Shown here in pieces: positions 8,187-16,421 of a stretch of 27,066 bases of DNA; the first letter of the stretch is position 1; each line of letters opens with the position of its first letter. The DNA lies in the IMG/VR virus record IMGVR_UViG_3300032258_000009, positions 1 to 27,066 of that record; one strand, given 5' to 3'. The notes beneath the pieces were generated by a model. It did not search any database. It worked only from the letters and a program-made list of their open reading frames with translations, and was not told where the DNA came from. This stretch comes from a virus. Lineage: Duplodnaviria; Caudoviricetes. A program made the position numbers and the translations under genes.

Positions 8187-9212
8187 ATGTCATATATATT
8201 AAATAGAAATGTTGAGTGTTATATCTCTAATAGTGATACAGCACCATTTAATGCTGCTAATACAGATCAAATATTGATATTAGATGGTTTTCAAGTGGAG
8301 CCTAGTAATAATACAACAATTGTTAATAGAAAAACTATAGACCCATCTGAGAATAGAGGATTAACTGTCTTTTCAGAATCAGATAATCCTGTTGATTTTC
8401 AGTTTAGTACTCATTTTTATGCAGGTAAGCCAACCTCACAGGTAGAAATAAATACTAGAAAAGCATTTCAAGGGTTGGCAGGCTACACCGGAAGTTATAC
8501 GGAATATACAACCAGAGCAGAAGTATTATTTACTAGCAGTGATATAGCTAGACTATTAAATACTACTATATGGTTTACATTTCCGAATTTAACTTATAGG
8601 GTAGATAATGCAGTATTTACAAGAGCTACTATAGATATTGCTTTAGATAGAATTTCAACTATAGACTGGAAAGGCTCAGGAACAGGATTAACAACATTTC
8701 AAAGCTACAACCCCCCTACAGCATCTACTGATACAACTCCATATAAAAGTTGTATTCTTAATAAGTTTACTGAAATTACATTAAGTATTGGATCTATTAG
8801 TTATACTGTTAATTTAATAGGTGGTTCAATAGATATTGAAAATGATGTAAGTTTTATCAAACGAGATATTTTAGGGGAATATTCAATTATTAGTGATCAC
8901 TATACCGGTGATCGAAGTATTACAGGTACTTTAGATTTTTATTTAAAAGCTATAGGGGCTGTAACTGATACAGCAGATTTATTTGACTTCTTATATACTA
9001 ATAAAAATTATTTAGAAGATAATCTAGCTGATATAACAATAAGTATAGGTGGTTCAGGTGTTACTCCTCGTGTGGACATTTTAATGCCTTCTGTATATTT
9101 AGAATTACCAAATCTAGATTTTGATCAGGTAGTATCTACAACTATACCGTTTACTGCATTAGAATCCTCCCCAGGAGAGGCGGATGAAATAACCATTAAA
9201 TATTATTTATAA
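8187..9212 (+). CDS. Baseplate tube protein / tail tube paralog (T5 p140-like)
   Basis: Visible paralogy to the preceding gene (ILDGF/VLDGY, CILNKFT/CIRNKLS, LIGGS/LTGGS, TGDRSITG/TGTREISG, FTAL). T5 has the same tandem tube-fold pair. Confidence 0.85.
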   Translation: MSYILNRNVECYISNSDTAPFNAANTDQILILDGFQVEPSNNTTIVNRKTIDPSENRGLTVFSESDNPVDFQFSTHFYAGKPTSQVEINTRKAFQGLAGYTGSYTEYTTRAEVLFTSSDIARLLNTTIWFTFPNLTYRVDNAVFTRATIDIALDRISTIDWKGSGTGLTTFQSYNPPTASTDTTPYKSCILNKFTEITLSIGSISYTVNLIGGSIDIENDVSFIKRDILGEYSIISDHYTGDRSITGTLDFYLKAIGAVTDTADLFDFLYTNKNYLEDNLADITISIGGSGVTPRVDILMPSVYLELPNLDFDQVVSTTIPFTALESSPGEADEITIKYYL

Positions 9213-9224
9213 GAGGGAATTTAC

Positions 9225-9698
9225 ATGTTAAACTTAGACGAACTAATTTTACCAGAAAAAACCGTTTCTTTTGAATTTCCAGATTGTGAGGGATTTGAAA
9301 TAGATTTAACTTTTCTAGGTAAAGACGAAATGCAGAAGTTACAAGAGCGCTGCACCATAAAAAAATTAGACCCTAGAAGTAGAAAGATATATCCTAAATT
9401 AGATGAAGAAAAATTTCTAGATGAGTATGTTAGAGCTACTATTAAGGGATGGGAAGGTTTTAAAGTTAAGTATTTAAAGAATTTTGTAATTAGTACAGCG
9501 GAAGAAAAGTATGATGAAGATGATGAAATTAATTATACTCATGAAAATGCTATGTCTTTAATTAGAAATTCTAATTTATTTGATAGTTGGATCAGTGACA
9601 TGACTACTGATCTATCAAATTTTACGAAAGGCAGCTCGAAGAAGAAAGAGAAAACGTTGAAAGGTACCTCGAAGGTCAAAGTGGCGGCGGAAGCTTAA
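9225..9698 (+). CDS. Tail assembly chaperone (gpG analog, T5 p139-like)
   Basis: Motifs FPDCEGFEIDL, LDEEKFLDEY...IKGW.G and NS..FDSWI...DLSNF. Lies between tube and tape measure genes and carries a slippery site. Confidence 0.85.
   Translation: MLNLDELILPEKTVSFEFPDCEGFEIDLTFLGKDEMQKLQERCTIKKLDPRSRKIYPKLDEEKFLDEYVRATIKGWEGFKVKYLKNFVISTAEEKYDEDDEINYTHENAMSLIRNSNLFDSWISDMTTDLSNFTKGSSKKKEKTLKGTSKVKVAAEA
9617..9623 (+). promoter_or_regulatory. -1 programmed ribosomal frameshift heptamer A AAT TTT
   Basis: X XXY YYZ pattern in the correct phase (TCA AAT TTT). The -1 frame is closed by TGA 9608-9610 just upstream and is open to TAG 10018, in frame with ORF 9719. Confidence 0.8.
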
Positions 9699-10018
9699 CT
9701 AAAGAAAAGTACCTAGAAATGTGTGAAATGTTAGGCACAGAAGCTAGTGAAGATCAGTTACCCATGGAACTTGAAGATCTGTTGAGAGAAACCAGAGTTG
9801 CCTTAAAAATACATAGCTCTTTAAAAGACACATGGGAAGGAATGAATGGGGTGTATCTAGGTAAATCTTTGCAAGGATTAGATACACTTTTTTCTATTTA
9901 TAGGGTTGATACAGCTTCTTATAAAATATACGTATTAAACATGATAAACTATGTTGATTACTATATATATAAAGATGTAGAAAGAAAGAAAAAACGGCAG
10001 GCCAAGAGGAATACATAG
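9623..10018 (+). CDS. Tail assembly chaperone frameshift extension (gpT analog, T5 p138-like)
   Basis: The -1 frame reads YERQLEEERENVERYLEGQSGGGSLTKEKYLEMCEMLG...L.DTWEGMNGVYLGK. ATG 9719 lacks an obvious SD. The predicted G-T fusion is about 264 aa. Confidence 0.75.
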   Translation, partial: YERQLEEERENVERYLEGQSGGGSLTKEKYLEMCEMLGTEASEDQLPMELEDLLRETRVALKIHSSLKDTWEGMNGVYLGKSLQGLDTLFSIYRVDTASYKIYVLNMINYVDYYIYKDVERKKKRQAKRNT

Positions 10019-13000
10019 TGGCAAGACGTGATATTGATGTAAATGCTAATGTTAATACTAGCGGAACTAAGAGAGCAGCCGCTGAAATAAAAACTGTTAA
10101 TAATGCTGTAGATGAATCTACTTTAGCCGCTAACAAAGCTAAAAGAGCACAAGAAGGTGTGGCTAAAGGTAGTTTATCTGCTTCTAAAGCATTCTCTAAG
10201 CAACAACAGGGGCTTGGAGGTTTGGTTCGTTCTTACGCTACAATTGCTGCTAATGTTTTTGCATTAACTCAGGTTTTTCAAATACTTCGTAATGCTGCAG
10301 ACTTTTATAGCATGCAATTAGCGGCCGAAGATATGGCAAAAACTACAGGTGTTAATATGATGCGTTTGGCTAAAGAAGTCCAAGCAGCAACTGGACACAA
10401 TCTAGCTTTGAAAGATTCATTAGAGGCTGTTAATAAAACGCTTGCTGCGGGGGCCAACCCAACACAAGCAAAAGAGCTAGCTAGCTTAGCTGCAAAGATT
10501 TCTCAAACTTTTGGCGGATCTGTAGAAGCTAATATGAATAAAATTAATAGTGCTGTTTTACGTGGTAGAACAGAGCTTCTTGCTACTCTTGGTGTCGTTA
10601 TTGATACTCAACAAGTATATCGAGATTATGCCTCTCAGTTAGGTAAGACAGTTATAGAATTAACTTCCTATGAGAAAAAGCAAGCCACTATTAATGCTAT
10701 TCAAGAGGAAGGAAAAAATATATTAGGAGATATTAATCTAGATAGGAATCCTTATTTAGCACTATTAACTACACTAACAGATGTTAGTGATCAGTTATTA
10801 CAGGTAGCTAATAAATTTGGAAGTTTCTTTGTAGAAATAATTAATGAATCCGAAAAATTTGCAGCAGCTTTAATTGCTACTTTAGGTGCAGTATTTGCTA
10901 AAAAACTTACTCCAGATGCAGCGACTTATGCTTCAAAAGCAAAAGAATCATTAAAGGGTGTTCAAGTAGCTTTATTACGCCAAGGTAGAACTGAGACAGG
11001 ATTAGCTATTAAAGCTGGAGATTTGCAAAAACGAAGAACTCGTACTGCAAAAGCGCAAGTAAAAATTAGATTAACAGAACAATTAAAAGCATTGGCAAAG
11101 ACTCAAAGCGCTGAGAAAAAGTTTTCTAATTCTACTATATCTTTATTTGAAAGAGTAGAAAAAGAAGGCATTATGGCCTTTAAAGATCTTACAACAGGGG
11201 CTAGAAAAGAATTAGCAGTTCTTCAAGCACAAATTACAAAAACTATTAATTATAAAAACGCACTAGCTAAAGGAGAGACAGTTAAGCCTCTTCGCGGTGT
11301 TAGTTCTGGTATTTCAAAAGGTAATCTTAAGGAATTAATAAAAACCCGTGATTTAATTGATCAAAGAATTAATAAAGACAGAAAATTAGGTAGAGAAGTT
11401 AAAAAGCTAACGGTTAATACTAATAGTTTAGGATTAGCTTTGCGTAATTTAAATGCTCAGAGAAAGGTTGCTATAGCTACTGGTAAAAGAATGGCTGCAC
11501 AACAAAAAATCTTAGTTCTCCGTTTAGTAGAACAAAGAGGTGTAATAGCATCTATAATTCCTTCATTCATTGCAGTAGAGCGAAGATTAAGAAGAATAAA
11601 AGTAGAAGCAGGTTTAGCGGGCTTAGCTTTTAAAGGCTTATCTAGAGTTATGGGGTATGCTGCCACAGCTACCACATTATTTACTGCAGCAGTAAATAAA
11701 ATATTTCCGGTATTAACTGGTTTATGGTTAGCTTGGGAAATTGGAACTGCTATATATAAAAAGTTTTTTGGTACTCAAGATGAAACATTAAAACAACTAG
11801 AAGAAGCAAAAGAACGTTACAGTGAATTTAAGGATGTATTAGATGAATCTGTAAAAAGTTTAAGTAATTTACAAGATTTAACAGCTAGTGGTAAATCGCA
11901 ATCTACTATAGGTAAGTTTTTAGTTAATTATACTAATACATTAACTGGTGCTTTATCTACTTTAATTAATCCTTTGATATTTAAGCCTATTATTGAAATA
12001 GAAATTGATAAAGAAAAAGCAGAGAAAGATATAGAAGATCTTAGAAAAGAGTTAGATACACTTGAAATGCGAAAATTAGAGATAAGTTTAGATAGGGGAT
12101 TATATGACGAATTTAGTACTGTTGAACTTACTGGTGAAAACTTTGAAGTTGATAATTTACAAAGTTTAAAAGATGAGATTCAAGAAAAAATAGCTGATTT
12201 AGAATTAAAGATAAAAATAAAAGCAGATTATAGTGAATTAATTGAAGGTGAGCCTATATTAGCGGGTTTTGCTGCTACACTACAAACGTTACAACAAGTG
12301 TCCGCGGCAACTACAATATCAGGTTTTACTTTTGATACCTCTGGAATAGAAGAGGGATTAAAGGGGGCCAGTGATCAGATTAAGTCTATAGTACAATTAG
12401 CTGTTGAAGGAAAATTATCTTTTACAGATATGGCAAAAGAAATTTTAGCTCTTGGAGAGGAAGGAAATACTAAAGGTATTAAAGTCTTTTTGAAAAATTT
12501 ACAAGACGGTATTAGATTAGGGGAGATTCGTTTACAATCATTAAGCGGTTCTATGGCAACTATTAATGAACAATTTATTAGAGCAGCTGGTGCTGCAGCT
12601 AAAACAAGAGAGCAACTTACTAATTTAACCGTAAACCCAGAATTAGCCAGAGCTACTAGTATTTTAATAAAAGATTTTGAAAATCTTAATAGTAATCTTG
12701 AGGGCAATGAAGATGGCTTAGCTAGATTTATTAATATTGATATACTTGAAAAGACTGATGATCAATTAAAAGCTATATTTAAATTAACTTCTGATCAATT
12801 AAGAGATCTTATTAACGACGCAGGATCTACCGAAGAAGCTTTCGATAAGCTATTGACTATTTTAAAACTTAGACAGTCAAATCTTTTCGCTACTGCAGAA
12901 GCAAAAATTCTTGAGCAACAAGCTAAACTTAGTAAGCAGGTAGCGGATAATTATAAAAAAGAAGCCGATATACTTCCAGATATTGAAAGCGCATTAATTA

Positions 13001-15030
13001 AATTAGGGCAGGCTGAAACTAAGTTAAAATTAAGTGCACATCAACGTTTAGAGTCTAGAAGACAGAGTGTAATAGCTGCAAAAGAAGAACGAGATTTAGT
13101 AAAACAGAATCAACCCTTAGATGAGTATAGTAATAAATTAGCACAACAAAAAGTAGACGAAGCAGAACAGGCTGTCAAAAACGCTTACTTAGAATATAGG
13201 TTAGCTAAAAGATTACAATTAGTAGATAAAGAAAGATTTAAGTATTTAACTAAAATTAATAGTATTACTAAAAGTACTTTAACTGCTGAATTACGAACAG
13301 CTACAATTTATGCTAAGAATACTACTCTTTTAGCTAAGCAAGCTAAGTTTAGTAGGCAAGCTTTTGCAATTCAAGATCAATTATTGGATGCAGAATTAGA
13401 TAGATTAAATATTGAAAAGAAAAAGTTTGACACACTAAAGGAACTAGAAAGATATCGAAATGAAGAGTATCAATCTCTTCTCGCTCAAGAAGATTTAATA
13501 AAAGCTAGACGCGAAGAACTACAATTGAGGGTGGCATTAGAAGCGCAAATTCTTGATATTCGTGAAAGAGGAAATAGATATAATCCTTTACCAGGAGATG
13601 TTAAGCAATTTGGAAAAGATTTACATACTATACTAAAGATAGAAGCATATAATTTTTCCAAGGGAATGAAAACTGCCGCAGAAGAGTGGGCTGCTGTAAT
13701 TCTTAAAACCACTGATACAGCAGTAGATAGTCTTGTAGATGATATTATTGAAGGGGGAGTGGATATAGCAGAAGCTATTAAGGCCTCTATAAGAACTTCA
13801 ATAGGTGACCTAGTTAAAGAGAATATTAAAGGAACTCTTAGAAACATACTCGGTGGAGTATTTCCAGATAGTAAAGCTGGAAAAAAGAAAACGCAGGAAG
13901 AAGCTTTAAAACGATTAGAGGACGAACTAATAAGTTCGGGCGCAGATATAATAAAAGAAGCCAAAGCAGCCAAAGAAGCTCAAGCAAAAGCGGCAGGTAA
14001 AACAGATAAAGAAATAAAGGCAGCCGGAGAAGAAGGGGCCAGACTAGCCACAGAACAATTAGAAATGCTTAGAACTGCTGAAGGTAGGGATATTGATAAG
14101 ACTAAAAATATACAAACAATAGTTGAATTTAAGCAGCCTTTAACTGATATTAAAAATTATCTCACTATTGATCAAAAAGAAAGTTTACGTAAATTATTAG
14201 AGTGCTGTAATAGCTGTTCTTGCGGTTCTTCGGGTATGAGTTTTAATTCTTCTGATATAACTAGCATGTTACCTGATACTAATATATCAGATGTAGTATT
14301 AGATACTCCTCCAGACACTCCTCCAGCTTCTCCCAACGGGCCTACAGCAGCAGATAATGCCCCTTCTACACCTGATATTACTATATCCACCCCTCCACCA
14401 GCAGAGGCTAATGATGGCATAGTAAGAAGCAATGATAGAAGAAATGTATTACTTGAAGAAAGTAATGAAATTGCAAGAGTAACTCAAAGTGCTATTATTA
14501 AAAATCAAGGTCAAGAAAATGTAGATACACATAATCGTGTTTATAATGAAACTACAGATCCAGATAGAGAGCCTAATGAAGATAAAGATTTTTGGTTTGC
14601 TTTCAATAGTATACTAAAAACTTTCTTTGGACCTCTTGGTTCATTATTTTCTATATTTGGCACAGGCGGTGGTGGTTTTGATTTCTCAAGTTTTCTTCCA
14701 GGAATGGCTGATGGAGGCATTATTGAAAACGGTGTTCGTCAAATGCAAACCGGTGGAATAGTTAACTCCCCACAATTTGTTGAAATTGGCGAAGGTAAAA
14801 ATGCTGAAGCTGTAGTTCCCTTACCAAATAATAGAGAAATTCCAGTAAGGCTTGAAAATGAAAGTAAACCTGTAGTGTTTAATCAAAATTTTGATTTCAG
14901 AAATGCTGACCCAGCAACTGAAACTAGATTAAGACAGCAAATGGAAGAAATAAAGAGAGCAACATTAAATGCTGTATCTAGTGAACTAAATCGTGGTGGA
15001 AGTCTTTCAAAGAGAACAGGTAGAAGATAA
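10018..15030 (+). CDS. Tape measure protein (T5 pb2-like)
   Basis: GTG start with AGAGGA SD; 1670 aa, Ala/Lys/Glu-rich and helical. It has the N-terminal FSKQQQGLGGLVRSYATIAANVFAL motif, a hydrophobic segment near aa 500-580 and C-terminal GGIV..P....GEG..AEAVVPLP...IPV. Confidence 0.93.
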   Translation: MARRDIDVNANVNTSGTKRAAAEIKTVNNAVDESTLAANKAKRAQEGVAKGSLSASKAFSKQQQGLGGLVRSYATIAANVFALTQVFQILRNAADFYSMQLAAEDMAKTTGVNMMRLAKEVQAATGHNLALKDSLEAVNKTLAAGANPTQAKELASLAAKISQTFGGSVEANMNKINSAVLRGRTELLATLGVVIDTQQVYRDYASQLGKTVIELTSYEKKQATINAIQEEGKNILGDINLDRNPYLALLTTLTDVSDQLLQVANKFGSFFVEIINESEKFAAALIATLGAVFAKKLTPDAATYASKAKESLKGVQVALLRQGRTETGLAIKAGDLQKRRTRTAKAQVKIRLTEQLKALAKTQSAEKKFSNSTISLFERVEKEGIMAFKDLTTGARKELAVLQAQITKTINYKNALAKGETVKPLRGVSSGISKGNLKELIKTRDLIDQRINKDRKLGREVKKLTVNTNSLGLALRNLNAQRKVAIATGKRMAAQQKILVLRLVEQRGVIASIIPSFIAVERRLRRIKVEAGLAGLAFKGLSRVMGYAATATTLFTAAVNKIFPVLTGLWLAWEIGTAIYKKFFGTQDETLKQLEEAKERYSEFKDVLDESVKSLSNLQDLTASGKSQSTIGKFLVNYTNTLTGALSTLINPLIFKPIIEIEIDKEKAEKDIEDLRKELDTLEMRKLEISLDRGLYDEFSTVELTGENFEVDNLQSLKDEIQEKIADLELKIKIKADYSELIEGEPILAGFAATLQTLQQVSAATTISGFTFDTSGIEEGLKGASDQIKSIVQLAVEGKLSFTDMAKEILALGEEGNTKGIKVFLKNLQDGIRLGEIRLQSLSGSMATINEQFIRAAGAAAKTREQLTNLTVNPELARATSILIKDFENLNSNLEGNEDGLARFINIDILEKTDDQLKAIFKLTSDQLRDLINDAGSTEEAFDKLLTILKLRQSNLFATAEAKILEQQAKLSKQVADNYKKEADILPDIESALIKLGQAETKLKLSAHQRLESRRQSVIAAKEERDLVKQNQPLDEYSNKLAQQKVDEAEQAVKNAYLEYRLAKRLQLVDKERFKYLTKINSITKSTLTAELRTATIYAKNTTLLAKQAKFSRQAFAIQDQLLDAELDRLNIEKKKFDTLKELERYRNEEYQSLLAQEDLIKARREELQLRVALEAQILDIRERGNRYNPLPGDVKQFGKDLHTILKIEAYNFSKGMKTAAEEWAAVILKTTDTAVDSLVDDIIEGGVDIAEAIKASIRTSIGDLVKENIKGTLRNILGGVFPDSKAGKKKTQEEALKRLEDELISSGADIIKEAKAAKEAQAKAAGKTDKEIKAAGEEGARLATEQLEMLRTAEGRDIDKTKNIQTIVEFKQPLTDIKNYLTIDQKESLRKLLECCNSCSCGSSGMSFNSSDITSMLPDTNISDVVLDTPPDTPPASPNGPTAADNAPSTPDITISTPPPAEANDGIVRSNDRRNVLLEESNEIARVTQSAIIKNQGQENVDTHNRVYNETTDPDREPNEDKDFWFAFNSILKTFFGPLGSLFSIFGTGGGGFDFSSFLPGMADGGIIENGVRQMQTGGIVNSPQFVEIGEGKNAEAVVPLPNNREIPVRLENESKPVVFNQNFDFRNADPATETRLRQQMEEIKRATLNAVSSELNRGGSLSKRTGRR

Positions 15031-15668
15031 TGGCAGATAAACCTTTTGCAAAATATAACGCAGCTGATATGATTCCAGATACAATGACATTTGGATTATC
15101 ATACAATACTCAAATTAGTACCTCTCCTTTAAATGGTTCAATAAAAACAGTACAGCTACCAGGAGGTAGGTGGTCTGCTAGGCTTTCATATAACAACTTA
15201 AGTGAAGATGAAACCAATACTTTACTGGCTTGGTTAGGTAGTTTACAAGGTATGGCCGGTAGATTTACTATGTATGATTTTTCACACCCAGCAACTAAAA
15301 ATGGTGTGAGTACAAGAAATATTGCTTCTGTTGCCGCTGCTGGTGGATTAAATATAATAAGTTTTGATGCTTCTCCCGCTGGAGAACTAGAAATAGGAGA
15401 TATGTTCACTATTAACCTAGACTCTCCTTATGGTGGTGAAAAAGAGTTAAAAATTGTTGTAGATAAAACAGATTCTAATACATATACAGTTGAGCCAGAA
15501 TTTAGAAGAGAAACAACGGATTATCCTGGCTTAAGTATTTCTACAGGTACTAATGCTTTATGTAGAATGATGTTAACATCAGATGATCAAGCAGAAAAAG
15601 CTGTACAATCAAAAATATACTTAGGTAGTATAACAATAGAATGCGCGGAGCAATTTTATAATGAGTAG
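15030..15668 (+). CDS. Distal tail protein (Dit)
   Basis: First gene after the tape measure. The N-terminal SPLNG..KTVQLPGGRWSARL...LAWL..L.G..GRF..YD pattern is typical of siphophage Dit proteins, followed by an inserted beta domain (L..GD.F.I, K.V, VEP). Confidence 0.75.
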   Translation: MADKPFAKYNAADMIPDTMTFGLSYNTQISTSPLNGSIKTVQLPGGRWSARLSYNNLSEDETNTLLAWLGSLQGMAGRFTMYDFSHPATKNGVSTRNIASVAAAGGLNIISFDASPAGELEIGDMFTINLDSPYGGEKELKIVVDKTDSNTYTVEPEFRRETTDYPGLSISTGTNALCRMMLTSDDQAEKAVQSKIYLGSITIECAEQFYNE

Positions 15669-16404
15669 AATACTTGACGATGTTTTATTAGATAGTTTAA
15701 ATTCAGGAAATTCTAAACTAGTAATTTTAGTTCGTATGAAAATACGAAGTAGTGGAGGCTATGATTATATTAGATTAAATTCTTCTTCGTTAAATATTCA
15801 ATGGGATGAGAGTGGTGTTGGCAGAGAAGAATATTTAGGTATTGGTAATTATGGTACTATTAATTCAGCAGAAGAAGGTACTGAATTACAATCATATTCA
15901 ATAGATCTAACAATCTCTGGTATTCCGCCTGAATATGTAGTAGATGCATTAGATCTTGAATATAAAAATTTACCTATGTGGATTTATTTAGCCCCAATAA
16001 AATTTAATCATAATATTGGATATACTACAAATGAAGAAGATGGCCCAACTTTACTTTTTGTGGGCAGAATGGATACTATGAACATGGCGTTTTCAGATAC
16101 TGCCACTATTACTGTAACAGCCAACTCTAGATTAAGTGACTGGGAAAGATCTCGTGGAGGAAAATATAACCACCACACACAAAAAGGATATTATGCATTT
16201 TTACATGAAGGTGCGCCTAGTGATGTTTTAACTAATTTTGCTAATCAAGATTTAGGTTTTGAATATGTGGACTCCTTAAAAGATAGGGAAGTTAATTGGG
16301 GCGGTGATGCTGCTACACTAGGACAAGAAGGTACTGGGGTAGTTCCCAGCGGAGGTGGACGTACACGACCAAGCCGTGGCCGCACGACTACTAGAGAAAA
16401 TTAA
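15661..16404 (+). CDS. Tail tip / baseplate hub N-terminal-type protein (gpL/DUF2163-like)
   Basis: Motifs YLGIG..G.I...EE..EL......LTISGIP, LF.GRMD.M, TITVTANSRL.DWER and DLGFEYV..L....V.WG. Lies between Dit and the gpJ-like gene. Confidence 0.7.
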   Translation: MSRILDDVLLDSLNSGNSKLVILVRMKIRSSGGYDYIRLNSSSLNIQWDESGVGREEYLGIGNYGTINSAEEGTELQSYSIDLTISGIPPEYVVDALDLEYKNLPMWIYLAPIKFNHNIGYTTNEEDGPTLLFVGRMDTMNMAFSDTATITVTANSRLSDWERSRGGKYNHHTQKGYYAFLHEGAPSDVLTNFANQDLGFEYVDSLKDREVNWGGDAATLGQEGTGVVPSGGGRTRPSRGRTTTREN

Positions 16405-16421
16405 TAAAATGAGTATAAAGT

